Below, one piece after another: positions 1 through 14,826 of a DNA stretch of 64,000 nucleotides. How positions within the stretch are numbered: position 1 is the stretch's first letter; each line of letters opens with the position of its first letter. A program made the translations under genes and the position numbers. This DNA comes from Mytilus californianus. Lineage: Eukaryota. Location: the NCBI RefSeq assembly GCF_021869535.1, contig NW_026262581.1, forward strand, positions 25,420,001 to 25,484,000, given 5' to 3'. The notes beneath the pieces were generated by a model. It was not told where the DNA came from. It was given only the letters and a program-made list of their open reading frames with translations, and searched no databases.

Positions 1-386
1 TTTTCCTCGGAGTTCGCTATTTTTGTCATTTTACTTTTTTGTAAGTAATTCATTATATATAACATGTATAACTTTGTAAAAGGGGGAAGCTATGTTTATA
101 CACTTGTGTCATGACATTTTTATCGCGGAAAAGCAGATTTCCAATACAGTGTGAACCAATACGATTGTATACTTTTGTGTTTATAAAAATCCTTCACATG
201 GATGTGATAAAGATATCAAGACTGACAATATAAACCGACAAAACTGTTCAACTGTTTGAAACTCACATTGGAATAAATAATGAAATTCATTCCCGGTTCC
301 GTGATTGTAAAGGTTACAAGTTTATAAAAAATAATATGAACATTTAAATAGTAAAATATAGTGCCATAATTACTTGAATAAAATTA

Positions 387-860
387 AGACAACAACCCGA
401 CCACAGAGCAGAAAACAGCCCAAGGTCACCAATGGGTCTTCAAAACAGCGAGAAAATCCCGCACTCAAAGGCGAGCTTCAGCTGGCCCCTAAACAAAAAT
501 GTGTACTAGTTCATAGAAAATGGACGTAAACTCCGAAATATATAAATGAACCGAAATTAAATAAAAACCAACAATGGCCAGAGGTTCCTGACTTGGGATA
601 GGCGCAAAAATGCGGCGGGGTTAAATATGTTTTGTGAGATCTCAACCCTCCCTTATACCTCTAGCCAATGTAGAATAAACAAACACACAGCAATACGCAC
701 AATAACTCAGTTTAAAAGAAGTCCGAGTCCGATGTCAGAATAGGTAAGAGAAATAACTAAAACTAAGCAAAATGACAATGATAACATAAACTAACAAATG
801 ACTACTAGTTGTTACTGACATGCCAGCTCCAGACCCAAATTAAACTGATTAAAAGATTAT
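387..860 (+). repeat. Abundant mytilid interspersed repeat, family A (probably retroelement/Penelope-like terminal region)
   Basis: Homologous copies at 23437-23841 (-), 34583-35070 (+) and partial copies at 22235-22420 (gacaacaacccgacc...cagctggcccctaaac...cctgacttgggacaggcgc...gtccgagtccgatgtcagaa). Confidence 0.85.
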
Positions 861-2018
861 AAATTCATCGTATGAAATATGCATGATATATAAATTCCAA
901 TGTATAATCTTTCTAAGCACGTGGTACATAGCTCGAAATTGGGTGGTGTTGGTTTGGGCACTTTCTTCGTACTGAGTGGTAGGGATGCAAGACTGGTATG
1001 CGTCACTACTTCAAGCTTATAATAATAATTTGATAGCGGACAGAATGTTTGAATGAATATATATATAAGGTCGTTGATTATACTATACTATCCGAAACTA
1101 CTTTAAATGATATTAGTTATTCGTAAATCTCATATATATTTTAACTCTTCTAATTTATGTTCATAGGTAAATATTTAATTTTATTATATGTACTTTTTTT
1201 GTCAGAACATGTTTATTACTTTATATGTTATTTTGTCTCTTGTGGAGAGTTTTCTCATTGGAAATCATACCACATCTTCTTGTTTTTTATAATTATTGAG
1301 TACATGTATGTATTTTTAGTATTAAAAATATGAGCAAAAGGTGGGATACCTAATGTCTCAGCTGCTTATTTCTTCCAAAAATTATTGAAGTGCGCCCTCC
1401 CCACATTCCCCCTCGAGAATATATATAAGTATTCATAAGATACGTGTCGCATTCTATAAATTGTTTACTTTAAATTGTTTTACTGTAAATTAACAGTTTT
1501 AAATGTACATGTACACTTACCTTTACGCTAACAATGTACATATCCACATTTACATTATGGTAACTAATGCATAATGAATAAATCAATAAATAGATCGGTA
1601 AGTTATGTTATCCTGGTTATGCAATACATAAAATGTAGGTCATAGTAATTTTCTGAAAACGTCTATTTAAAAAACACGACTGCCATGTTCACGGAGTTAT
1701 TTGATTTCCCCTTGTTTTATTATGATACGATAAGTATCAGATACAGAACAAAGGTAACAAAACAAAGAGGCTAGTAATATAATAGCCGTTGTCGTATAGT
1801 TTTTCTGCACGAGTAGTTCGGTCAATATACGGCTGGTTGTTACCAGCCCGTTTCTTTCGTTACTTTTGTTTTGTATGTGACGTGTACAACGTTTTTAATT
1901 TAAAGTAATGCATTTGGAAGACTACTGCATAGTTAAAAAGATTAAACACATAGTTACTTGTCTATGTACAACGATGTTTAGAGATATTTAATCTTTAATA
2001 AATTAGGGATTTTGCGTA

Positions 2019-4326
2019 AGCTAGGTTAACACTGCCGATCAGATCAACTCGATGATCCGATTGTCCAAATTTCCACGACCAAGCGTAACCAAATTCTTTA
2101 TCGGCCTTGTTTACTACTTCTACTCGACCGCTATCCGACTGTACACGACTTTAACTCGACCATTCACGACTCCTTAATGACTCCATCACGACTCAAATCC
2201 GATCACTAATTGAATACATATTCGATTATTCCGACCAATTCACGATCTCCACACAATCTTCAATTGACTAGCTAGACCAAATCAACTATACTCAATTTCA
2301 GCTCGATCTCGACCAGACCAGATCGACCTGATCGTAAAGGGGTCGTAGGGATAGTCATGAATTGGTCGGGTATGTACAATTTCAGTATAAAAAAAGTCTG
2401 AATGTTTTATGCCCCGGCGCAGCGGAGGAGGCATTAAGTGTTACCATTGTCCGTCCGTACGTACGTACGTGCCAACAATTAGTTTCCGTTCTCTAACTTT
2501 ATTTTGCCTCAACCAACTGTTATGAAACGTATACACAATGCTTATTACCATAAAACACAGATCAAGTGCGAATTTGAAGTGCGAATTTGGTTGGCGTCAC
2601 TTTTACCGTTCTTGAGAAATGACCCTTTATAACGTTATATGCAAGCGGGGGGCATTATCTGTGTCCCATGGATACATTCTCAATTTAGTTGGTTAGATTC
2701 AGTAGTTCACTGAAGGTCAGAGTAAAATCATACATTTAAAATATCTACATGGAAATAAAGCAGTTGGATTTGTGGCACAGGTTAAAAGCTGTGAAGGAGC
2801 TTGAAGAGAACGTAGAAGACGAACAAGAAGGCGTAGACAGCAACGGGCCCCGATAAATCTAGGTGAGGCAGTGGCTGACACGGCAACCACTGTATGGGCA
2901 GTATGAGAGACTTGCAGGAGCTCAACAAAGAGGACCCCAATGATTATAAAAACTTCCTCAGAGTGGACGCTGATATGTTATGAGAGTTTACTGCTCTTTG
3001 TTTGAAAATACACCACCAAATGAGATTTGTCACTAGATTGTTACTTAAGTTAGATAGCAGTATACATAAATTTTACCATCCCCTTTTCCTTGCTTTCTTA
3101 CAAATTGAGCTTATTTGTTTCATATATGTGCATATGTATGTAATCAGTATTTTCCATAGATTTGATATCCAGTAGTTGAATGGTTTAAAGATAATTTCTT
3201 TTTGGTGTATCCATGGCAACAACCTGTATGTATTTGCTAAAAATATTGCAAAAAGGGGGGTAAAGATGTCACATATTTCCCCAAAATTTGGCCAAAAGTA
3301 GAATTTCAATCCCTTGGAGTTATACCTTTTCTGAAACTGTTTACATATATCTACCAAGAGATCAAATAAAAATCATTTGTCATTTTGGTGTCTTGTGGAG
3401 AGTTATCTCATTGGCAATTATACCACATCTTCTTATTTTTATACTACAAATATTTCTGGACCTACGAAAAATACGGACAGTCAAACAGAAAATAGCCCAT
3501 AAAACAGGTAAAAAATAATATTGATATTCTAATAAACCCACTATGAAGGCTACATTAGTCGTCAGCTGTCTAAAAATGAATTTTATTGCACAATTACTTT
3601 CATATTTGAAAAATCCTCCGGGGCCAAAATGCAGGATCTGCTTCCCTTCCGGAGCACCTGAGATCCTTGCAAAAGTTCAGACAAGTACTGTACATGGAGG
3701 AATTTTTGCGGAGTTAATCTTTTATACAGTTAAAAATAAACAGTGACAATATTTTTTTGCAGAGAGTAAATAAGATCTGCACTCCCTTTTAAGGAATCGT
3801 GTAGCAGTCATGTGTACTCGTGTATGACCGAGTAGAGATCGAAGAGTGGTCGAATTTGGTCGCGTAGAGATCGGGTATTGGTCGAGTTGGTCTGGGATCA
3901 AAAATAATAGAAGTCGCAGTGTTCTAGATGCGATCGGGCATTGGTCGAGTTAATCTAGACCACAGATCAAACAGGTTGGCGTTGATCGGGAAATGATCGG
4001 ATATTAGACGAGCAAAGGTCGAGGTGATCGAGTACTGATCGGTAAAATATTTGTATTCCGACCAAACTCGATCTCTACACGATCCTTTCCCGATTAATTC
4101 GACCGCTACTCGACGAATTCCCGATCTCTTCTCGTGTGACTGGCTTCTCGATCCTTACTCGAATTTTTTTGACATGTCAAAAATTCTCGGGTAGAAAGTC
4201 AGATCGATGACGAGCAAGGTAGACAACCCCGAAAAACGTAGATTGAGTCAGACCAGTCTCCCGATCACTTAATCTGTCTTGATCGGGCTTAATCGAGTTG
4301 ATCTGATCGTCAGTGTGAACTTAACT
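2019..4326. mobile_element. Deleted PIF/Harbinger-like DNA transposon with ~28-bp TIRs and a transposase N-terminal relic
   Basis: gttaacactgccgatcagatcaactcgat at 2025 is inverted at 4292-4320. 2800-2990 (+) translates, with breaks, to RRRRQQR..VRQWLTRQPLYGQYE..QELNKEDPNDYKNFLRVDADM, typical of Harbinger transposase N-termini. TSD not resolved. Confidence 0.7.
2404..2690 (+). mobile_element. Pearl/CvA/HINE-type non-autonomous element nested in the Harbinger relic
   Basis: ttttatgcccc...ggcatta subterminal inverted repeat, gtcc/gtac microsatellite, 3' gcggggggcattatctgtgtcccatggatacattc end. Confidence 0.6.
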
Positions 4327-5914
4327 TGAACACTACAGCTTCATAATTCTTCAAGCTGTGTCCGAGTAAAATTATTGTTGATATTATAATTACTTTGATA
4401 CATATCGGGATCGTAGAAGTAGATTGAAAAGGGGCGAGACTTCTTAAAGTGACAAGCAAAACAAAATCTAGTCTAGTATTTTAGAAGTACGTAAATGTCC
4501 GCTATGGTAGCTATTGTGTATTTCAATAACAACAAAAGAAGTTCCAAAAAGTTGTGCAGAATGGGGGACATAGTTTTGCATCTTACTCTTGAAAGTGTGT
4601 GAAGCGGGTATTATCCATTTTATCGACTCCTATGCCTCTGCATATATATACGACATCCACTCCAACAAAATATGCACCCACTCCATTTTAAATTGAGGAC
4701 AGTTGCCCCTACCACGGCTCATACGCCCCTCCACTCCCAAATAAACAACATACGTACGTACAAACAAATAAAATAAACAACAAAAATATGAATAATAAAT
4801 TTAAGACATTTACAAATCAATGAAGTATGAAAACTAAATAAGAAAGAGAAATCAGACAAACGTAAAAACAAGTATAGCTATTAAATCAATGAAATGAAGA
4901 AAACATACAAATCTAAAAAATAAAAGCTGTTCCTCTTGCTATGAAGAATGATATGTGTTGCAAAATATTGGATTTTGGCTTGTTTTTTTGGGGGGATACA
5001 CATACATGTATTTAGGAAATATAATTTTTCAGTGAATTTTTGAACTCATTACTTTTATGTGATATTCGAGTAGACCCAAGTATTGATCACGTGACAAAAC
5101 TTTTGTCATGTCCAAAATTGGTGGTAGTTTATTTGATGTTGAGTCTTATTTTACGCTTTCACAATTAGACTTGTGTCCCTGAAGATGAAAAGAAAAGAGG
5201 AAAATTAGTTTTGCGATTAGTTCGATCTTGACGATTCGAAAGATTTCAACCGAATTTCTATAAATCAAACCGACGAAAGGTTTGTATATGGAACATTTTA
5301 TGACTCTTGCAGTCAGTAAATTCGTAGAGACTTTATTTAATTTCAGCATTTTTAGACATAAATAGCTTTGCTATAAATGCAAATTTTATGAACACTTTTC
5401 ACATAATTTTTTTTTTATAAAAACTGTTAATTGAGTTACAAGGTGTACGATAAAGTGCCTATGTACTGACTCAATGCACGAGTGACTCTTATCATAAAAG
5501 TGTCCGTGCAACTTCATAAAAAGTGTCCGTGTAACAGCCGTTAATGTAATGTTTCTATAGCTCTGCTGGGAGCAAAGTCGTACAATTGGGTATATTTTAA
5601 CTCCATGATTTTTACAAAAATGTACCCGATGATTGAAATACCAACTTAATCAACTGGAACGGCTTACTAAAAACCAAATATGTTTCGAATGGAATTTACA
5701 TTGGGCTCACAAGGGGCAACATGAGATTTTTACACAAAAAAAAAACAATTAAAAAGTACAAAAATCAATTACGAGGGAAAGAGTTAGTTGATTGGTAGAA
5801 TGTTAACGGAAACAGAACAAAATAATAGAAAAACGAACTTCATAAAGGTACAGAATTGTCTCATTGGCAATCATACCACATCTACTTATTCTTACATATG
5901 TATTATTTATTATC

Positions 5915-6275
5915 AAAAAATTGCCTTGTATATGATGTAGAAGATGAAAAACATTTTTTATTAGATTCTGAATTAAATAAGGAGCTGAGAAACAACTTTT
6001 TTGATAATTTGGAAATAAACTTTTCTGTTAAAGATTTGTCTGATCAAGAAAAGATCACCCCATAAACACCATCACCAGTAAATACATTGGGGTCCTTTAT
6101 TAAAAAGTCATTAGAACTGAGGACATTTGACTCTGGACTATTTACTGTTATTAACTGATTGTGTATATTTATGTGAACTACAGTTATATTGTATACTTAT
6201 TTTGTTATCGTCACAAACTTATTGTTTAAAGTTTATTTGGCAATACGCATTTGAATTGAATTGATTTGAATTGAT
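5915..6275 (+). mobile_element. 3' fragment of an L2/CR1-like LINE (ORF2 C-terminus plus tail)
   Basis: VEDEKHFLLDSELNKELR (EDExHFLLxC-type motif), later LGSFIKKSLELR, then a (gaatt)n tail at 6252-6275. Confidence 0.65.
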
Positions 6276-7748
6276 ATAAAAGGGAATAACATTTATACAA
6301 CGTACATGTAATACATTTACGTTCTTAATGTTTAACGGTTAGAAGTATTTTAGATCAGTCCAAGTTGTCTCAGCATTTAGTTTCATATTTAAAAGACATC
6401 ATGCAATATAGAACCTTTTCAAAATTGTCTGGTAGATATTGGAGTTGATTGCAACACTGCTTTGTCAAATTATTTAAAATGGATTTATCACGCGGGCTCG
6501 CATCACTCTCGGAAAAACTATGGAAATTAAAAAAGTTTCCAATATTGAAGAGATTTTATATCAGTAGCTCTTCTTATATTATGTCTTTGTTACTGGATAA
6601 TACGAGGGTGTGTCAAACATTAATAAAAACATTCCATTGCAGCTGGTTTTTCTGAAATCTTTTAACTAAATGATAAATAATTGTTATCAGTATAATGGAA
6701 AATGCGATTGTCATACTGGTGAGAGGTTTAGCTAGCTATAAAACCAGGTTTAGTCCAGCATTTGTTACATGAGGACATGCCAAGTCAGGAATATAACTGT
6801 TGTTTTCTATTCGTTTGATGTGTTTGAGCTTTGATTTTGCAATTTGATAATGGAATTTCTGTTTTGAATTTTCCTCGGAGTTCGGTGTTTTTGTTATTTT
6901 ACTTTTCTTATGGACAACGATAAATATGAATTCAAGTTTGAATGCGATTTATCTCGAAATATGTCGTCATTCGTTCAAACGTCGACAACCACAGGTTGTT
7001 GCACGACTTAAAATAAAAATAGTTGACACAATGAATCTCGTTATTACTAGGTTCATCATTCAAAATGAAAATTATTCTCATTCATAAAAAAATCAAATCT
7101 ATTTTGCCAGTGGCAGCAGTGATTTTTTTTTACCATTGGATAATACTTTCAGAATTGCTGCTCGGCATATCTGAAGAAAGACCTTTACATGATAGAGCGA
7201 CATTAACATTTTAAAGTTCAATACTAAACATGTATACACAAGTATATATTAGATAGTAACGTGCGCAAGAGCTGATACGAAAGAGGTTCTAAATGGCCCG
7301 AGAACACAGTTTTTTCATAGTGCATTTCTTTTGTAGTACTGCAACTGACCTCGAAAAAGACGCTTAATTAACAATTATAATGTACTAGAATAACACAAGG
7401 TTTGAAATTGTTTTAAATGATAGAATACTATTTATATTTTAGTTTTGTCTGGTCGTAAAAGTTTTCTTTGGAATCATTTTTGTTAAGCCCGTTCATGAGG
7501 TATCCCACAATTTACGGTTTTAGATAATCACCTTAAATTACAAAAAAATAAATGTTTTGTTCAATTTCAGGCTCTTAGTTAATATTGAATGCTGAAGACA
7601 TAAATACAATACCATTACCGAATAAAACTTTGAAACTTAAAGTTGGCAGTTGTGTAGATGGATATTTATATATAAACATTTCAATATGAAGCGGTCGTGA
7701 ATTTTCTTTGACAGCATCCTACAAACTATTTTTTCTAATCTTTTTTAA

Positions 7749-8022
7749 GGTGGTACCTAACACTACAGGGAGATAACTCTTTAAAAATCAGCTTAACGTT
7801 TTAATAACGTTGTATTGTTAATGAAATATTAAGCTTCTCAATGATCAAAATTTGTGTTTGTCAAACTGCTATATAACCAACGAAATTTTTCTGATAAAGT
7901 GGTTGGTTCAAATTTTTTGAAATTTTTATATTTTTGTCAAAGGGTCAAAGTAAACATTTTGTCAAAATTTTATGAAAATTAAACGAGCCAAATTAATATT
8001 AGTCAAGGTGTTGGGTACCACC
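7749..8022. mobile_element. 274-bp TTAA-specific (Kolobok/piggyBac-like) MITE
   Basis: TTAA|GGTGGTACC...GGTACCACC|TTAA, perfect terminal inverted repeat and TSD. Confidence 0.85.
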
Positions 8023-8264
8023 TTAACTGGACCAAATCACTTCTTCAATACAACAATCATTTATTTGCCTAAATTATTTACAGGGTAATTTCCATCCCCC
8101 GTTATTGCAAATGTAATCTTAAGAAATAAACTGGGGGTATGTATGAAAAACATTTGCAAGTAATACACTCTACTAGCCCTACGTCCCAACCATAGCAAAA
8201 CAAAAAGGAATTTATAAAGATATACATACAATGTACCATAATTGCTTTTGTGTATAGATATATA

Positions 8265-8770
8265 AATAAGGAGATGTGAAATGATTGACAATGAGACAAC
8301 TATCTACCAAAGTTCAATTAAAGTGGATGTAAGTAATTATAGGCAACCGTACGACATTCAACAATGGGAAAAAACCCATATCGTATAGTCAGCTATAAAA
8401 GGCCCCTGACATGACAAAAATGAAAAATTCATTTGAGAAAACTAACGGCCTTATTCATAGCAAAAAAAAAACGCAATACAAATATGACATGCATGAACCA
8501 ACGACAGCCACTGAACTACATGCTCCTGACTTGGAGTTAAATATATTTGAAGGCGCAAAACCTCCCCTAACTTGGGACAGTGGTGTAACAGTACAAAATA
8601 AGAACAAAGTATAAAAATCAGTTCAATACAAAGCAGAAAAAATCTAACAAAAACAAAGACCGGACGCGGCAGGGTATTTATACATCCCTCACAACAAAAA
8701 AGACACATAGTACAGATCTGAGAGTACTCCCGCAGTTACTGCGAGCTAGTTCAAAGCTAATAACAACTAA
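8265..8770 (+). repeat. Abundant mytilid interspersed repeat, family B (tgattgccaatgagacaact...cagctataaaaggcccc)
   Basis: Fragments recur near 1230-1290, 3380-3440, 5855-5890, 11380-11605, 30855-30990, 31235-31465, 33470-33700, 42525-42660 and 51810-51900. Confidence 0.8.
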
Positions 8771-10189
8771 TAAAAGATTCGTATATCTAAGACTCTAATA
8801 TCAATCAGTACACTTCCAATGGATTAGTGTAAAGGCGTCATACAGTCAGAGAAATTATTTCCCTCGTGCAATGCCAAAATATAGGTTCCAAAACATAGAA
8901 GTACCGTGAATATCAAATGTGTATAATGATACTATAAAGTATAGTTTTTTTTATTAAAAACAAAATCAACTTGATTTAAAGAATGGAAAGAGTGATTCGT
9001 CCATTAGTTATGTCAAAACTGAGGATGGGAAACGCATAATTTATCATTATACTTTAATTTAAATGTAGAAATATTTTGTTTGTTTATGTATTACATTTTT
9101 ACTTTTAAAGTTATCAAATGATTTTCAAGCATTTGAGAGTTGCATTAAAATTGACCTAGGGTAAATACGAAGATAAATGCAAGAGGTTTCAACGCTGGTC
9201 ATATTTAAAGCAGTACATATATCTCGAACGACTGTTTGCATGCGAGCTAGCAGAACGAATAATTGATATGTTCTTTTGCAGCCGTTCCACAAATATGTAA
9301 TATTTTCTCAAAGGATATTCTTACTGTGGATGCTTCGAAATTCACCGTGACAGCGTCTTCAAAGTAGTATAATAAGTTGGGGCTGAAATGTATCATGTAA
9401 GATGTTATGCATGGTACAATTTGCTGACATAGTGCGGGACATTTATTTAGAAAATCATTGTTTAAAGATGGAAAACCAATTTTTATCTGTTTGCAACAGT
9501 GAAGACTCACTTGAAATCATATATTCATATTTATGTCACCCCTTTGGAAAAGGGGGAACATATTGTTATTGTACGATTTTATATTTAACATATTTTTGTC
9601 CAGCTTAGTTTTCGGAGATCACTTGACAAACATTGATAAAACTGCACCATAATGACAATCCCCATGTGCAGATGTGCACTTATGGTTTGGAATGTTAAAG
9701 ATTGCTGCCTTTTCCATGGAAACGGCAAAAATGTGAAAACCCGAAAGGTGCTCCAAATATAATGAAACATTCGAATGTGTGTCATCCATCTTTAGAACTT
9801 TCAAAATGGCAACATTTGCCAAAGAAACAGTCCAAATGAAAAAGAAACGGACACAAAACCTACACCGCCGTACCAATAGTTTGAATTGTATAATTGAAAT
9901 GATTGCCGTTGGAATTTTTAAGATTGCTGCTGTTACCATGGAGATAAGGCTAAAAGTGTAACATATATTGACCCATATGGGATCAAACGTCAAAGTAACA
10001 TTTTCATACACATTTTAAGCTCAAACCCAGTTAATAGTATTGAAATGTCATCTGTCTTTTAAATTTGAAAAAAATGACCGACGTTGTCATGGAAACAGCT
10101 ACGTTGTGAAAGTTTGAAAATGCATAAAAAAAACACCTTGTTAATTTGAGTCAAAGTTCTGTAATCAAGTGTCAGTGAACACGCCTAAT

Positions 10190-10437
10190 TCATGCATAAT
10201 TCATCTCTAGCTAAGGGGTTCAATTGAAGGTCACATGAATACGGATTCAATGAGTTCGAATTATTTACTTGCAAGTGAATAATTCATCATCGATGTTTCT
10301 TAGCTTATTTTGACAAAATTGAACTACATTTGCTGCTAAAAGCGAATTATTATTTCACTATTTCACATTCATTAATGATTGATAAAAAAAAATCATATCT
10401 TAATTTTTGTGTACATCTCGTAGCTAGTGCCCCTTTA
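10190..10437 (-). mobile_element. Terminal fragment of a TTAA-type non-autonomous element
   Basis: Ends atctcgtagctagtgcccctttaa (reverse complement ttaaaggggcactagctacgagat); the partner end was not found. Confidence 0.4.
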
Positions 10438-12308
10438 ATAAAGAAAATCACAGTTTCAACCTTACCTGTTTGCAACAGTAAAAACTCCGTTGAAATCATA
10501 TCTCTATATTTTTTTTTTCTTGTCAAATATTTGTGAAAAGTTTGAAGTAACTTCAGTTATGCCATAAATGATAAAGATTTTATCAGCTCAGCACCTATTT
10601 CCTATTCTTCTAAAAAGAAGAAATTTAAATTGAATGCTTTTATTATACAACGAATTAAAGCTATGAATATAGTCATGTTCAGCATATTCTAGAGAAAAAA
10701 ATGTAAGATAGTTGCTTAAAAAACAATAGCAAGACAACCAAACAAAATTTCATATTTATTGCAAAAACCTCATCAAAGATATTCAGCTTTTATTTAGCGC
10801 GAAACAGCATCACGTTACAACAATTATTAGTAAACTTTAAAAAAAAAAATGGGATTATATTTTAAATTGCCTTACGTTTAGATGGTAAAACGGACTAAGG
10901 ATAATATAAAAATGAAAGAAGACAAAACAATCAAAATGTAAAAACAAAGAAAGGCAGAACAATGAAGAATTGAATGCTTCTTTTTGTAATTTGATTGGGT
11001 GTTAAAGAGTTGAACGAATAACATACTGTATGAAACGTGGAAGCTTTATTCTATAAAAAAAATGTGACGTTAATCAACGAGCAATGCATAATACAACTAT
11101 AGAGTCAAAATAAGTTGGATAATCCTCCGAACCTTCCGCCTACGTACGACAGATAAAGCGTTCAAAATTCAAGACTAAATTTACTTCAACTTTGACATTA
11201 TAAGCAAAAGGAATAACTATGCGTGTATTTTTTTTCAAACTTTCACTTTTCGGAACTTGTTTTATCTCAAAATAAAGCATAACGATTGCAAGAAGTAAAC
11301 ATAGTACTCTGTTTGTGTCTCATTGTATTTGTGAATATTCCGAGTCAGGAGTATGTAAATCAGTGGTTGTCACTTGTTGCTGTGTATCATATTTGTTCTT
11401 TTCTAATGTTTTGTGCATAAATTAGGCCGTTGTTTTTTCTCATAAACTATTTTACTTTTGCCAATTTTATAGTTACTAATAGTATACGGTATGGGTCTTG
11501 TACATTATTGAAGGCCGTACGGTGACCTATAATTGTTAACTTTTACGTCATTTGGTCTCTGGTGAAGAGCTGTCTTACTGGCAATGATACCACATCTTCT
11601 TTTTTTACATGTACATTGTTGTGCGTTGTGGTTATTTGGTACATTTTGTACATTGTATATAAACACCTCTATTATTAAACACCCTGTGTTGACCATTTGA
11701 AATCTTCAGGCTATTATGATGTCTTATTCTCAGAAATTTAATTCATGCACACGGTCTACATGGACAAAGTTGTGTACAAGAACAACGTGTACATGAAAAG
11801 CATATAATATGATCTTATTTGTCTAGTAGTTGTTGGTATGACGAGTTTCATGAAGATCATATGTAGAGAACCATCTTTAAAATATACAGAGGAATGATGA
11901 TAATATGTGTCTTCAAATTTTATTCTGAAATTAGAATCATTTTCAGTTTTTTGGTAGATTACTGTTTGTCATAAATGTTTTTCGCATATTGTTTAAGCAC
12001 AAATCAAGCCGTTTATTATTTAGTTTGATTTTTTTCTAATTTTGTCATGCCAAACCATCATAATTATAGTTTACAATATGGTTTGTGTTTTGCCCCTTAA
12101 TGATAGCCGCACAGTTACCTTTTATTGCTTACATCCACGTAGTTTGGTCTTTCGATGGTAGTTGTCAGTGTTGCAATCATATCCCATAATCTTAATTTTA
12201 TATCAATAATGATGAAGTGAAACTTTGTAAAACATAGAATTTAGCATTTTTTTTTCTTTAAATTGACACGTAATTTTCATAACGACTGATATAGAAAACA
12301 AACATACA

Positions 12309-12980
12309 TCTATATTACTAAAATAACGAGGTCCAATTTGTTAGCCGGCATGACGTTAAAACGACGAATCAAAGAATTCAACTTTATATATAACTAGTAT
12401 AGGACAATATTGTTGATTTAAAATAACATCATTCCAGGCCCTTTTGCATTCCACATGATTAGTATTACTAATAATTAATAGGTTCCGGGTCGAATCCGAT
12501 ACCGATACCATAGTATATGTCTCATGTTTGTATGTTCTGTACCTTCCTCCTTTAGTAAAAGCAACACCATGGGTTATGGTGTAAAGGAGGACATTTGTCA
12601 CACTGTATCGATACAATTCAATAAGATATACAAACACTCGCTCACCTGATTCGCTCATTCTCAAAATTAAACAAAATGCAAAATATAAAAACAATCATAT
12701 GCAGTTTCCGGTTGTAGTAAGAAAACCAGGACGGTTTCAAATAGTTTCGGGTTGAAGTAAGGAAAACAGGATGGGTTCAAATAGTTTCGGGTTGAAGTAA
12801 GGAAACCAGAACGGGTTCAAAGACGGGGAAAAATTTTGAAAGCAGAGAAAACTGGCACCTTATAATCAGCATGACTTTATCAGAATGCCATAATTACGAA
12901 TACCTCAAATCCAGTCTAAAAATAATGCGTAGGAACTTTATTTCAATGACAGACCAGTGACACTCGCGGGTGTGTTCTAG
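12309..12980 (+). mobile_element. Non-autonomous Helitron-like element
   Basis: A|TCTATATTACT... 5' end, acactcgcgggtgt hairpin then CTAG|T 3' end (AT insertion site), internal ~42-bp tandem repeats at 12710-12825. Confidence 0.6.
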
Positions 12981-13483
12981 TACTCTACAATACTCAGAGG
13001 GTTTTAAGATAAATCCTTATTTTAATTAAAAATTAGTCTTTGTATTTTTTTTTCTACAAAAAAAAATATTCTCGTCAAAGTAAGTTATTAATTTGAGTAT
13101 TTTCAAATTAAAATAAAAAATTTAAAAAAATCATATTGTTGAATGGTGAAATTACCTTAGGTTTTCTATTTGATTGTACGGTGTCTTCCTCCTATTCCCA
13201 CTTTTTAAAAATCACTATTCCTTCTATTCCCACATGCAAATAACAATAGATGTTTTGATAGATAATTTGTTTGTATAACAATCAAGGTTAATTAAAAATT
13301 CACGTAAGATTTTCCCGTATTTTTTAAAAGAAAACATATATCTTACACTGTTTAAGTATAATATTATTTAAAAACAAATTTAATACACTGTTTATTTGTA
13401 ATATGTTTTTCTTCTTCAAAGAATTACTTTAAAATAAAAAATAAGTCAGATAAATAGAAGTAAGATTAAAATATCATTGAAAT

Positions 13484-14310
13484 TGTATACGTAAAAAATT
13501 GTCATCCGAACAAATAAATTGATGATAGATAATATTATAACAAACTTTCCCATCTTGCAAGATTTCCATGTACAACAAACGCAAGAAGGACCTACCAGTT
13601 TTACCAAAAACTGTTGATGAAATCAACATAGATGGTATTTGGGCACGTACTACCAAAGGTGACCCATCCCTGCTAGCAGACGACAACACAGTTGGGCGTA
13701 TGTAAATCTTCAGTACTCAAAAGAATCTAACACCCTTAGCAGCTGCAGATATCGCCATCCGATATGCAGCATATTCTGTATTACCCTGGCATCAACACAA
13801 AAGGCTGTGTTTCCACTACACACAATGCATCTGGAGAAATGCACAAGAAACAGGGATTCAGGTTCAATACAAGTAAGACAACAACATTCATCAAATAGTA
13901 GCCGTGCCGCTGTCCTTCCACTTACTGCTGAGGTCGAAGATGTGTGGTTTAATGCCCTAACCAACATAGATCAGATTGATACTAAAATCAACTACACGCC
14001 CTTTACAGACTATATTATAACATACTGGGCAGAACAGAACAGTCACCTTTACACAACACAGGGACCGAGGACTACACATCATCTAAAGGGATGGCACAGC
14101 AAGCTGAAGAAACATGTCCAGCATGCACATCCAAACATCTTTAAACTCATAAAACGACTGAAACATGAGGAAGCTTTCAACGCCCTGACCATGATCCAAT
14201 ATGTCGAAATCAACAACAGATTAGAAGAGCTTAAGGTTAGACACCGCAACCAGGAAGTCACAACAGTACAGCTTGGTGATGCAGCCTCCCACCTTCTTCA
14301 CGTTGAATAG
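13484..14310 (+). pseudogene. Degenerate Mutator-like (MULE) transposase
   Basis: Across frames: SMYNKRKKDLPVLPKTVDEI..WARTTKGDPSLLADD, FHYTQCIWRNAQETG, AAVLPL..EVEDVWFNAL, GPRTTHHLKGWHSKLKKHVQHAHPNIFKLI. Stops, frameshifts and deletion of the first DDE segment. Confidence 0.85.
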
Positions 14311-14826
14311 ATTAATAAACTTTATACTGCACACGTTCTATTTGAGCAGTCAAAATGCGTTGACTGTATATTTCTATGTCATATACAGTCACTGACCCGA
14401 TATCACTTTTCCTCATGAATATTCAAATAGTAGAGCCAAAACTATATTTAAATATTCATGACGAGCGCTTCAATCTGTCCTTGTTTCCAATGTTTACAAT
14501 GAAGCGTGGAACGACTCAAATTTGTTTCTTTTACAATTGTTAAAAAAAACGTATTTCACTTGTTTATTTTTTTTTGTTTAAAACCTATAAGTCATTATGT
14601 TTTATGCTTATTGTTGATATTTTAGTCCATACTCATACTCAAACGAATTCGTTCACCAACGATTGGTTTCAACCGGTAGATTAATGTACATTTCATTGTG
14701 CTGTATGTTTCTCCGCCAAATGTGAGGCCTTTTTAAAGGGGGATTTTTTCCAATATTTAAATCAAATAAATAACAATAACACAACAAACAACAATTAAAA
14801 ATGTGTTTTTCTAGATTGCAGTATAA

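Noticed and set aside
3543-3746. Myb/SANT second ORF of the Harbinger element
   Set aside because: The GC-rich core (3635-3675) is a fragment of repeat family E, not a coding region.
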